NCBI RefSeq assembly: GCF_006345805.1
Contig: NC_043020.1
Span: 4,774,001 to 4,838,000, forward strand
Direction of reading: 5' to 3'
DNA: 64,000 nt
Source: Octopus sinensis
Taxonomy: Eukaryota
In this document: positions 53,203 through 64,000 of the stretch, in pieces
Numbering within the stretch: the first letter of the stretch is position 1
Layout: each line of letters starts with the position of its first letter
Program-made: the position numbers and the translations under genes
The notes under the pieces: generated by a model
The model's input: only the letters and a program-made list of their open reading frames with translations
Told to the model about the DNA's origin: nothing
Database searches by the model: none

Positions 53203-53913
53203 ATATATATATATAATATATATAATATATATATATATATATACTTCGATTACAGTTTGTGTCGACCTAGTGAAGGGGGTTAGGTTCAGTCTGATATAAT
53301 GAATCCGTAAACACCATATAAAACCCAAGGTGTATTTGTTTTCCCTCTGATTAGATGCTAGAGTCGCTGTTGTACAACTGTACACACACTCCACAATTCA
53401 ATTCCCAGAAGAGGAGATGCTGGTATATAAAAGTCATACTGGCTACGGTTTCGTGCCTATAATCACTTATGCCTGTAATCATAATGACCGAAAGAGTACG
53501 ATCGCGAAAGAGTTCGGTCGAAATGAGGCGGTGTTCTTCAGATGGGTCTTTGGGGTAACGTTACTCTTCGTGATGCGTATCCCGGAGATCGGGCGGTCTC
53601 TCCAGTCGCGCCATGTCGGCAGGGGTCAGACCTCCAGTATTGTGGACATGCGACTAGATTTTCGCGAGAGCGAACTGCAAGATTGATTCCTCAAGCTAAG
53701 GAATCATTCTCGAATCTTTCTGCACAGGACATGAAAACTGATGACAGTGACTTCGGAGTCTCGGCCTGCTATTCTTCATAAGCCAGTGGTTTGACCGAGC
53801 TTACATAACACCACAACTCCATTATTAAAATATAAAGACCCGTATCTTTCTTTCAGCATCTACCCTACAACTTAATTGCACGTACACCGGAGAACAAAAC
53901 AAAATTTCCAGAT

Positions 53914-54333
53914 ACTCTTTTACTTGTTTCAGTCATTTTGACTGCGGCCATGTTGGAGCAATCCCGGGACCTATTCTTTGTAGCCCAGTACTTATCCTCT
54001 AGGGGTTTCTTTTTTGCCGAACCGGCTAAGTGACGGGGACGTAAACACACCAGCATCGGTTGTCAAGCAATGCTAGGGGACAAACACGGACACACAAACA
54101 CACACAGCAACACACCAAACACCCATATATATATAATATATATATATATATATTATATATACATATATATGACAGGCTTCTTTCAGTTTCCGCCTACCAA
54201 ATCCACTCACAAGGCATTGGTCGGCCCGAGGCTATAGCAGAAGACACTTGCCCAAGGTGTCACGCAGTGGGACTGAACCCGGAACCATGTGGTTGGTAAG
54301 CAAGCGACCTACCACAGAGCCATTCCTGCGCCT
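53914..54333 (-). mobile_element. SINE-A
   Basis: Colinear with the family; small deletion in the tail. Confidence 0.92.
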
Positions 54334-54574
54334 ATAGTACATAAAGATTATATAAAGGCAATATCAACTAAAATGTACCACAGCTCGATGAAGGCTATAA
54401 GTCGGAGACTTCGAAGTCACTGTCAATTCTTTTTTCCTGTAAAAATGTTATCACGCACACACACTCACAGACCCCACATATATATGGATGGATAAGAAGA
54501 AAGAACAGCCACTCCGAACTAATGAGAAACTTTTAGCTCTTATATGCAGTATATAGATTTTTTTTATTATTATT

Positions 54575-54740
54575 AACTATTATCAAAGGAGCCCTGGGCC
54601 ATGTTACAACAAATTGGCACAGAAGCCTAGAAATACTGGGGGTTCTCCAAGAAGAACAAAGCAATTTGACTTGCATTCTTCAAATACAATCGATTAATGG
54701 CATTGAGAAGACTTCTGAAGCATTCTAGAGATTTCAATGT
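54575..54740 (+). mobile_element. Probable C-terminal fragment of an RLE-type (R4-like) non-LTR element
   Basis: IIKGALGHVTTNWHRSLEILG...ILQIQSING resembles the IGALG...LQ terminus; follows (TTA)n. Confidence 0.5.
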
Positions 54741-54839
54741 GCGTTTCCTAGAAAATGGAAGTATGCAGACGATCACATGCTCATGTGATATACATCCGAA
54801 TACGTGCGGACAGACATACGTAAACAGTTGTGGAATAAG

Positions 54840-55174
54840 CGCGCACACACACCACACACACACACCACACACACACACACATACACACACACACACACAC
54901 ACTTGTGAATTAAAGTGCAATTACAACCATTACTTGAGCGGAGATTGATACACACGTTCATTTTCACAACACGTATATACATACATACATGCATATATAT
55001 ATATATACATACATACATACATACATATATATATATTATATATATATATATATATATATCTATAATATATATATTATACATATATATACACACACATACA
55101 TACATACATATATATACATACATACATACATACATGCATGCATACATACATATATACTTAGAAAGATACATATA

Positions 55175-55232
<58 letters not shown>

Positions 55233-55713
55233 TACATACATACACACATAATACATACATACATACATACATATATATACATACATGCATACATACATAC
55301 ATATATACATAGAAAGATACATACATACATACATACAGAGATACATACATACATGCATGCATACATACATACAAAGATACATATATACACACACATACAT
55401 ACATACATACATACATACATACATACATACGTCCATACATGTACACTCACATTCGCATCTTCACTACTCTCATGAACTCACTTGAGTAAACAAAAGACCG
55501 TTGTCACTTTGTGAGTGACTTTCTTGAAAACTCTGTAAATAACTGGTCGAAAAAAATCTCCCTCAAAAGACTGTATATCTATCTATCTATCTATCTATTT
55601 TTCTTTCTTTCTTTCTTTCTTTCTTTCTATCTGTCTGTCTGTCTGTCTATCTATCACACCACACACACACACACACAACACCCACACACACACACACCAC
55701 ACACACACACACC

Positions 55714-55789
<76 letters not shown>

Positions 55790-55800
55790 GTATGCATATG
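54840..55800. repeat. Compound (CA)/(CATA)/(TA)/(CTAT)/(CTTT) microsatellite region
   Basis: Direct inspection. Confidence 0.95.
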
Positions 55801-57039
55801 TGAAGACGCATGGCTCAGTGGTTGGAGCATCGAACTTACGACCGTGAAGCTGTGAGTTCGATTTCTGGACCGGACTGCGTGTTGTGTTCTGAAACGAATA
55901 GAAATTAAAGGATAAAACTATGACGTGCTCTGTGTAATAAGAAGATCTATCTATCTGTCTGTCTGGGTGTCTATCTATCTTTCTTTCATTCTTTCTTTCT
56001 TTCTGTGTAGCTATCCGTGTGTGTGAGTGTGTGCGCGCGCCCTTCTATCTCTGTTTGTCCCCCAACCCGCTTGGCAAGCGGTGTTAGTGTGCTTATGTTC
56101 CGAGAATGCAGCGCTTCTCCATCCCTATTTGCCACCCATCCTCTCCTCCCTCCCCCTCCCTCCCTCTGCCATATTTACTCACAATGCATCGATCGGTGCA
56201 GGACAAGAGCAAAAGGCAGTCACCCTAGGACCCACGCAGTGGGACTGAACACAAAAACGCGTTGTTTCAATGCGATTTCCTTCACTACACAGCCTCCTAC
56301 ATTTTGCGTTGAAATCCCGCTAAAGTCAAATTAGGCATTATTCTTTCCGAGGTTCGATAAAATAAAGTACTTGTGAATTAGTGGCTCGATCTAAAATCCC
56401 AATAAAGCGTTTCAGATGTGAATGGATTTATAATGGGAAACTAACATAAAGACTATTTAGTATCCACGTACAAACAAACGAGTTTTGGACTTAGTCATGA
56501 AAAATAATCGATGTAAAACTTAAAGGGAGATGGACGGGAAAAAGAGCAGAATCCATGGTATTCTTTTGTTGGCATTAGGATTAAGCTGGATTAAGGAAAG
56601 TAAATAACATTTTGCGAATTCTTTAAAATTTTGGGTTTAGTTTGGAATTATTGGGAAAATAAGAGGAAAAAGTTATCCGTGGATCAATAGTGTTTTCTTT
56701 CTGCATTTCAGAATTTGAGAAATCAAATTTTTTCTTGTTCAATCACAGTTTTTTTTTTTATTGATCTTTCCATACACAAGCTCAGTTTGAAAGCTTAGGA
56801 ATGAAAACAAGACATTAGAATGTTGTTGTTATTGTTGTTGACTCTGCTACTTCAATTCTGATTGGATTGGCTTATCGCTGAAGACGCTCAAACCGTGACC
56901 ATCCCGTCCTTGTTGTATCTTCTAATAAGTTATTTTTTTTATTAAACGTAACTAATCCGGAAACATTTTGATACCACCTCGTTTAAGTGTCTGAGATCAC
57001 AATATTTCCACCCACTCTGAACGGGACACCTGTCCGTTG

Positions 57040-57575
57040 CAGGGCCAAGGGTCAGCAATTCTGAAGGAAGGGTAGAAGTCGATTATATTGACCCCTGTAC
57101 TTGATCGGCACTTTGTTTCATCGACCCCAAAGGTAGGAAAGACTTAATCGCTGCGTGATTTGCACTCTGAACTTAAAGAAGCGGAAGAAAAAAATTGTCA
57201 TTAAACAGTTTTGTTTGAGGCGCTAAAATTCCTGCCACACCGCTATCTATGCGATATTACATAAGTGTAATTGGTGGCGAACTGGAAGAAGCGTTATGAC
57301 GCCGGATAAAATGCTCAGCAGCGTCTCGTCTGTCTTCACGTTTTAAGTTAAAATTCTGTGGAGGTCGACTTTAACTTTCACCCTATTCGGGTTCCATAAA
57401 ATAAGTACCAGCTGAGTACTGGGGTCGATGTAATCAACTTAGTACCTCCCCGAAAATTCTGGCTACTTAATTTAGCGACCTCCGAAAGATGAAACGCAAA
57501 GTCGGAATTTGAACTCGGAACGAAAATCTGGAAGAAGTGTTTGGTGCGATTGCAATTTTGACACTTCACCGCCTT
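57040..57575. mobile_element. Cluster of old SINE-B fragments in both orientations
   Basis: GAGGTCGACTTT...TAAGTACCAG...GGGGTCGATGTAATC and reverse complements. Confidence 0.7.
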
Positions 57576-57603
57576 TTAGGATGGTGATGATAAGGTTTTT
57601 TAA

Positions 57604-57830
57604 GGCGGCGAGCTGGTAGAAACGTTAGCACGCCGGGCGAAATGCGTAGCCGTATTTCGTCTGCCGTTACGTTCTGAGTTCAAATTCCGCCGAGGTCGAC
57701 TTTGCCTTTCACCCTTTCGGGGTCGATTAAATAAGTACCAGTTATGCACTGCGGTCGCTGTAATCGACTTAATCCCTTTTTCTGTCCTTGTTTGTCCCCT
57801 CTATGTTTAGCCCCTTCTGGGTAATGGAGA
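57604..57830 (+). mobile_element. SINE-B monomer (tail T) with TSD
   Basis: AAGGTTTTTT at 57592-57601 and 57831-57840. Confidence 0.92.
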
Positions 57831-58071
57831 AAGGTTTTTTCACATGAATAAAAGAAAAGATAGGGAAAGAAAAGAAAAAAATGACAAATACGGATAGATT
57901 TTAATTCTGTTTATAAGTATTTATACGCGGGAAATTAGATGCGAGTTCGATGATACTCATATTGAACTTACAAGAATTTATTGATAGAAATATTTTTAAA
58001 AAAAATATTTTTCTTTGCCAGTCACAGTTATGGAATACTTCTCTCATTTCCCTCATATACGAAGGGGCTAT

Positions 58072-58454
58072 AGAGGTGCAATGGCCCAGTGGTTAGGGCA
58101 GCGGACTCGCGGTCGTAGGATCGCGGTTTCGATTCCCAGACCGGGCGTTGTGAGTGTTTATTGAGCGAAAACACCTAAAGCTCCACGAGGCTCCGGCAGG
58201 GGATGGTGGTGATCCCTGCTGTACTCTTTCACCAAAACTTTCTCTCACACTTACTTCCTGTTTCTGTTGTACCTGTACTTCAAAGGGCCGGCCTTGTCAC
58301 TCTCTTGTGTCACGCTGAATATCCCCGAGAACTACGTTAAGGGTGCACGTGTCTGTGGAGTGCTCAGCCACTTACACGTTAATTTCACGAGCAGGCTGTT
58401 CCGTTGATCGGATCAACCGGAACCCTCGCCGTTGTAACCGACGGAGTGCTTCCA
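58072..58454 (+). mobile_element. SINE-C plus tail 1 inserted at a mariner-type TIR
   Basis: Flanking ATAC(G/A)AAGGGGCT at 58057-58069 and 58458-58470. Confidence 0.92.
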
Positions 58455-58457
58455 TCC

Positions 58458-58675
58458 ATACAAAGGGGCTGAAATGTTCCTGGCTTTGTGTAAAAGATAA
58501 TACAGAAACATAAATTAATTCGGTTATTCAATATTTTCCCCTCTCAAATTCACTCATTTATTGCAGCGGTCCTTTGGTTTTTCTAAGCCCTGTAAAATAA
58601 CTCGGAAAATTGGGCCTCCGAATACGACCTCCGTGGTACCCTTAATGCCAGGAACTATTCAGTACCCCCTAGTGA
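58458..58675. mobile_element. Mariner-type MITE
   Basis: GGGGCTGAAATGTTCCTGGC / GCCAGGAACTATTCAGTACCCC inverted ends. Confidence 0.7.
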
Positions 58676-58728
58676 ATATATCTTAAGTCTTTTCTTCGTA
58701 CAAATAATACATCAGATATTATATATAT

Positions 58729-59146
58729 AGGCGCAGGAGTGGTTGTGTGGTAAGTAGCTTGCTAACCAACCACATGGTTCCGGGTTCAGTCCCACTGCGT
58801 GGCATCATGGGCAAGTGTCTTCTACTATAGCCCCAGACCGACCAATGCCTTGTGAGTGGATTTGGTAGACGGAAACTGAAAGAAGTCTGTCGTATATATG
58901 TATATATATATGTATGTGTGTGTGTGTTTGTGTGTCTGTGTTTGCCCCCCTAGCATTGCTTGACAACCGATGCTGGTGTGTTTACGTCCCCGTCACTTAG
59001 CGGTTCGGCAAAAAGAGACCGATAGAATAAGTACTGGGCTTACAAAAAGAATAAGTCCCGGGGTCAATTTGCTCGACTAAAAGGCGGTGCTCCAGCATGG
59101 CCGCAGTCAAATGACTGAAACAAGTACAAGAGTAAAAAAAGAGAGT
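58729..59146 (+). mobile_element. SINE-A, full length
   Basis: Colinear with 34687-35096. Confidence 0.95.
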
Positions 59147-59550
59147 ATCCAATGTATTGATTTCAGAAAGATTTCACTGTCGAAGAATCTGCGTATCATT
59201 GCAAAATCGTAAGAGTTCGCGAATCAAATCAAAATTAATTTCCTTTCGAATTATTTTCTATTTGAATTACTATTTGTTATTACAGTGATAGTATTTCATT
59301 TATTTCAGCTATTTTTAAAAAAAAATAGTTTTATCAGAATTTCATTTCTGTTTCGTAGAGTTTGTTTAATACGGAATGCGAAACTTCGTATTTATCTTTA
59401 TCATTATTTAATGTAGATTTTTTAACCTTCATTTATTTATTATATTTAAATCTAGTTGCATATCTCGTCATATTAGCGCGTATATTTTACACATATTTCA
59501 ACGTCACCTTGTACATCACGCATTTATCACTATATTAACATATATATTGT

Positions 59551-59870
59551 GAGGGCGCGTGGCTTAGTGGTTAGGGCATTCGGCTCATGATCGTAAGGTT
59601 GTGAGTTCGATTCCCGGCGACGCGTTGTGTCCTTGAGCAAGACACTTTATTTCACGTTGCTCTAGTCCACTCAGCTGGCAAAAATGAGTTGTACTTGTAT
59701 TTCAAAGGGTCAACCTTGTCACTCTCTGTGTCACGCTGATTATCCCCGAGAACTACGTTAAGGGTACACGTGTCTGTGGAATGCTCAGCCATTTGCACGT
59801 TAATTTCACGAGCAAGCTGTTCCGTTGATCGTATCAGCTGGGACCCTCGTCGTCGTAACCGGCGGAGTCT
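59551..59870 (+). mobile_element. SINE-E head plus tail 1
   Basis: A box TGGCTTAGTGG, B box GAGTTCGATTCC, CORE-like GTGTCCTTGAGCAAGACACTT; tail shared with 58072. Confidence 0.93.
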
Positions 59871-59896
59871 TTTTAGAGCAGATATATTATACACAT

Positions 59897-60198
59897 GTGG
59901 AAGCGCAATGGCCCAGTGGTTAGGGCAGCGGACTCGCGGTCGTAGGATCGCGGTTTCGATTCCCAGACCGGGCGTCGTGAGTGTTTATTGAGCAAAAACA
60001 CCTAAAAGCTTCACGACGCTCCGGCAGGGGGTGGTGATCCCTGCTGTACTCTTTCACCACTCTTTCTCTCTTTCTTCTGTTGGCCTGCTCGCTTAGCCAG
60101 CGGGGTGGCGTCATTCGAAGACTAAAACAATGCGAAGCGCATTGTGACCAGCGATGTGTAACAACATCTGATGGTCTGGTCGATCACGTGATCACGTG
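59897..60198 (+). mobile_element. SINE-C head plus tail 2 with 11-bp TSD
   Basis: ATTATACACAT at 59886-59896 and 60199-60209. Confidence 0.93.
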
Positions 60199-60268
60199 AT
60201 TATACACATATTACCAAGTTAGTCTGTACTTTACACATTTGATCATCAATTTAACCCGTGCATTAAAT

Positions 60269-60915
60269 CGGCGAGCTGGCAGAAACGTTAGCACGGGGGG
60301 TGAAATACTTGGCTGTATTTTGTCTGCCGATACGTTCTGAGTTCAAATTCCGCCGGGGTCGACTTTGCCTTTCATCCTTTCGGGGTCGATAAATTAAGTA
60401 CCAGTTACTCACTGGAGTCGATGTAATCGACTTAATCCCTTTGTCTGTCCTTGTTTGTCCCCTCTATGTTTAGCCCATTGTGGGTAATAAAGAAATAAGA
60501 AACATTAGCACGAGCGGCGAAATGCTTGACGGTATTTCGTCTGCCGTTACGTTCTGAGTTCAAATTCCGCCGAGGTCGACTTTGCCTTTCATCCTTTCGG
60601 GGTCGATTAAATAAGTACCAGTTACGCACTGAGGTTGATATAAACGGCTTAATCCGTTTGTCTGTCCTTGTTTGTCCTCTCTGTGTTTAGCCCCTTGTGG
60701 GTAGTAAAGAAATAGGTATTTCATCTGTCTTTATGTTCTGAGTTCAAATTCCGCCGAGGTCGACTTTGCCTTTCATCCTTTCGGGGTCGATTAAATAAGT
60801 ACCAGTTACGCACTGAGGTTGATATAAACGGCTTAATCCGTTTGTCTGTCCTTGTTTGTCCTCTCTGTGTTTAGCCCCTTGTGGGTAGTAAAGAAATAGG
60901 TATTTCGTCTGACGC
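60269..60915 (+). mobile_element. SINE-B tandem array (3 units, tail T)
   Basis: Junctions AAAGAAATA|AGAAACATTAGC and AAAGAAATA|GGTATTTC (twice). Confidence 0.93.
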
Positions 60916-61062
60916 TGTATTCCTACATTAACTCGCACTATATATATGTCTTGCCACGTTTTCTCGAATATTACACAAGTATCCTCATGTTAGCTCTTTG
61001 CTCTGTTAGATCATATCTGACACATCAACCGCCACAACAGCTCGTAAATTACACATGTTTAT

Positions 61063-61459
61063 AGGCGCAGGAGTGGCTGTGCGGTAAGTAGCTTGCTTAC
61101 CAACCACATGGTTATGGGTTCAGTCCTACTGCGTGGCACTTTGGGTAAGTGTCTTCAACTATAGTCTCGGGCCGACCAAAGCCTTGTGAGTGGATTTGGT
61201 AGACGGAAACTGAAAGAAGCCCGTCGTATATATGTATATGTATATATGTGTGTGTGTGCGTGTTTGTTTGTCTGTGTCCCCACATCGCTTGACAACTGAT
61301 GCTGGTGTGTCTACGCCCCTGTAACTTAGCGGTTCAGCAAAAGAGTCCGATAGAATAAGTACGAGGAATAAATTCTGGGGTCGATATGCTCGACTAAAGG
61401 CGGTACTCCAGCATGGCCTCAGTCAAATGACTGAAACAAGTAAATTAGTAAAAAAAGAA
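61063..61459 (+). mobile_element. SINE-A, full length
   Basis: Colinear with the family. Confidence 0.94.
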
Positions 61460-61595
61460 TAGGATGTATACTACACACGTATCGCTGCGTTAGCTCGTAC
61501 ATTACACCTGTGTTACTCCGTTATCTCGTACATTTTACAGCTATCGCCAAGGTTAGCTCGTATATTAAACATGTATCACTACGTTATATCATGCA

Positions 61596-61987
61596 CTAAC
61601 AGTATCGCCCGGCGTTGCTCGGGTTTGTTTCGACCCTTTAGAATTGTAATTTTTAAAAAGTAAACATTTTGCATTATATAGCTTGTTATTTTCTTTGGGT
61701 AAACATTTTTCTGGTTGAAATACACCGAAAAATGGCGACACAGCAGTCAAAAAATCGTTAAAAAAATAGAGATTTTCATAGAAAAAAAGCACCTTTTTTA
61801 TTCAAATAATGTTTGGTCTTAACATGGTCCGATTTAAATTTTATCTTCTACGGAAGGAAGAGAAAGCCTTCTTCTATCATACTCTCAATTTTGGTCAACT
61901 TGCGTCGAAGGGTCTCGAAGGAGATAGTGTTAGTTAAAGGCTACCAAACCTGCCACACACAGACAACTTCAGCTTTATATATATAGA
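61596..61987 (-). mobile_element. Short non-autonomous Helitron
   Basis: Same 3' hairpin end as 43966 (CTAA instead of CTAG on the plus strand); A|T insertion without TSD; removal restores a 31-bp unit. Confidence 0.85.
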
Positions 61988-62607
61988 TTACGCAGGTTTT
62001 GCCACGTTACCTACTGCATGACATATCTATGGCCACGCTAGTTCAAACATTACACACAAATCTCTATATTAGCCCACTCATTACGCAAATACCACCACGT
62101 TAGTTCGTCTTAATACACTGAAATCTTATTACATGTACCGGCGTACCAAAAATAAGCGGTCGATTTACAAATCATTTTCCTGTGAAAAATTTTCTTTTGA
62201 TAAATGACTTGCAAGTCACGATATCTCTGTAATAGTAAAATTACCGTGTTTCTTACTAGTTTATTATTTACAATAAATTCGAATAAAGAAGATTGCTAAA
62301 TAATCAAATTACACAGTTAATATTATATTGTGTTTGTAGTAGTTTACTCAAGACTTTTAAACTGTATGTCGTACGATTCTTTCTGCCAATTTAGTCAAAA
62401 TTATTTCTAAAATCCGATTACCAAAGCAAAATGCACTTCATTTGATGGATAGAAATAAAATGCAATAAAATCAGTTTAATTATATAAATTCTGAAGTGTA
62501 ACTGCAGACTTAGAATATTCACCACCATATTATTCATGTGTGTGTTTTGCATTTATTTGGTAAATGAACATCAATGATCTATTTAACGCCACCTCCAACA
62601 ACTCCCG

Positions 62608-62655
<48 letters not shown>

Positions 62656-62656
<1 letters not shown>

Positions 62657-62949
62657 CGTGATCACGTGTCCGACCAGACCATCAGATGTTGCTACACATC
62701 GCTGGTCACAATGCGTTCGCATTGTTTTTTTAGCCTTCGAATGACGCCACCCCGCTGGCTAAGCGAGCAGGCCAACAGAAGAAAGAGTGGTGAAAGAGTA
62801 CAGCTGGGATCACAACCCACTGCCGGAGCTTCCTGGAGTTTTGAGGTGTTTTCGCTCAATAAACACTCACAACGTCCGGTCTGGGAATCGAAACTGCGGT
62901 TCTACGACCGTGAGTCCGCTGCACCAACCACTGGGCCATTGCGACTCCA
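62656..62949 (-). mobile_element. SINE-C head plus tail 2
   Basis: Reverse complement matches 59897-60198. Confidence 0.92.
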
Positions 62950-62955
62950 CACACA

Positions 62956-63010
<55 letters not shown>

Positions 63011-63041
63011 ACACACACATATATATATAAATATATATATA

Positions 63042-63456
63042 TCCTAGAGGGCGTTGTCCCGAATTTTGGCATTGAAAGTTACCCCAACAGCAGAACGGGG
63101 CCCCAATGCATGGTGCGAAAGATTCCAACATCACCATCAAAATACAGGAACAGATACTGCGACACCTTGGGTTTCCAGGGCACCACAGCTCTTCAATATC
63201 CTTCCTAAATGCCTGAGAGACCTGCTTGGTGTCGATGTGGGTTGCTTTAAAACTAAACTGGATCTCTTCTTGTCGGGGTCCCAGATGAACCTACCTCTCC
63301 GCAGGAAACACAGATGCGGGTAGCGGCGTCGAAATCCCTTGTTGACCAAGTGCCACGTATAAGAGGTGGTTTCACATACTAGTGTATCACATTCAACGGT
63401 GGTGCCCCAGCATAGCCGCAGCTTTCGAGCTGAAACATTTTAAAGAATTAAAGGAT
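63042..63456 (+). mobile_element. 5'-truncated CR1/L2-group LINE
   Basis: ILEGVVPNFGI...RTG..CMV...PQLFNILPKCLRDL...FKTKLDLFL with frameshifts; 3'UTR stem-loop. Confidence 0.88.
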
Positions 63457-63739
63457 TTATATATATATATATAACATGGTTCTTCACCACTCTCTGAACT
63501 GCTCTGCGTTGCCCATGCATCATCCACGCGTAACATAGACAGCACGCGACAAACATACATTAGTTGCATGAAGGCGCACATTGGGATGATCGTCCGGTGG
63601 GGTTATGGCCATTTTGTTTCTTTTAAAGCGAAAAAACTGATGGACTTGCTTAGCACAAAACAGACTTACTTAGAATTAATGATGTCATGAGGCCGAAGAT
63701 TCATAAAACCGGAGCTTTAACCCGGGTTTCATCCGAGCC

Positions 63740-63773
63740 TTAATCCGTACCTCCATATGGAGGTACGGATTAA
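63740..63773. repeat. Perfect 34-bp palindrome
   Basis: TTAATCCGTACCTCCATATGGAGGTACGGATTAA is its own reverse complement. Confidence 0.97.
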
Positions 63774-64000
63774 AAATCCAGTAAGGGGAAGGAAAATAAT
63801 TAACAGATCCATAAACTGAATTAAGGTTGTAAAGAATATGACCTCAACTTCAGACGAGGTGTTTCAAAATATTTGATATATGGAAATATTATTATTTATA
63901 AATTAAATACGAGTTAAGATAGAGATGAAAGATGAAAAACGAAAATCAAACAAACAAACAAACCAAAAAAAAAATGGAAGATGAGAAACAGTTTGAATCT

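Larger units (their letters stand above)
60920..62118. repeat. Old degenerate 31-bp minisatellite interrupted by SINE-A and a Helitron
   Basis: CGTTAGCTCGTACATTACACATGTATCGCCA-like units starting near 61488, 61519, 61550 and 61582. Confidence 0.8.

Noticed and set aside
62564-63208. 214-aa ORF
   Set aside because: Accidental read-through of (TA)n, an antisense SINE, (CA)n and a LINE fragment

Overview
AT-rich, gene-poor eukaryotic DNA made almost entirely of repeats. The repeat families look like those of an octopus (coleoid cephalopod) genome; this rests on my recognition of the sequences, not on a search. No intact protein-coding gene, rRNA or functional tRNA is supported, and most supplied ORFs are microsatellite translations. 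Contents: (i) four tRNA-headed SINE groups (my labels A, B, C, E) with exchangeable tails; (ii) relics of CR1/L2-group, Tx1/L1, R4/Dong and RTE LINEs and a Gypsy integrase; (iii) Tc1, DD37D-like, mariner and piggyBac relics plus several MITEs; (iv) Helitrons, one carrying a piggyBac fragment and about 37 copies of a 116-bp satellite; (v) several type I hammerhead ribozyme motifs of the Penelope-associated kind. The best candidate for an undescribed system is a tRNA-promoter element with a minimal dimer-type hammerhead and a Penelope-like inverted-end insertion (40917-41476; intact ribozyme copy at 11377-11422). Also notable are a covarying 3' stem-loop shared by a LINE and SINE-A, SINE-B units with a Tx1-like tail that join at fixed sites, and a locally templated inverted insertion. 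Coordinates were counted by hand and may be off by a few bases.
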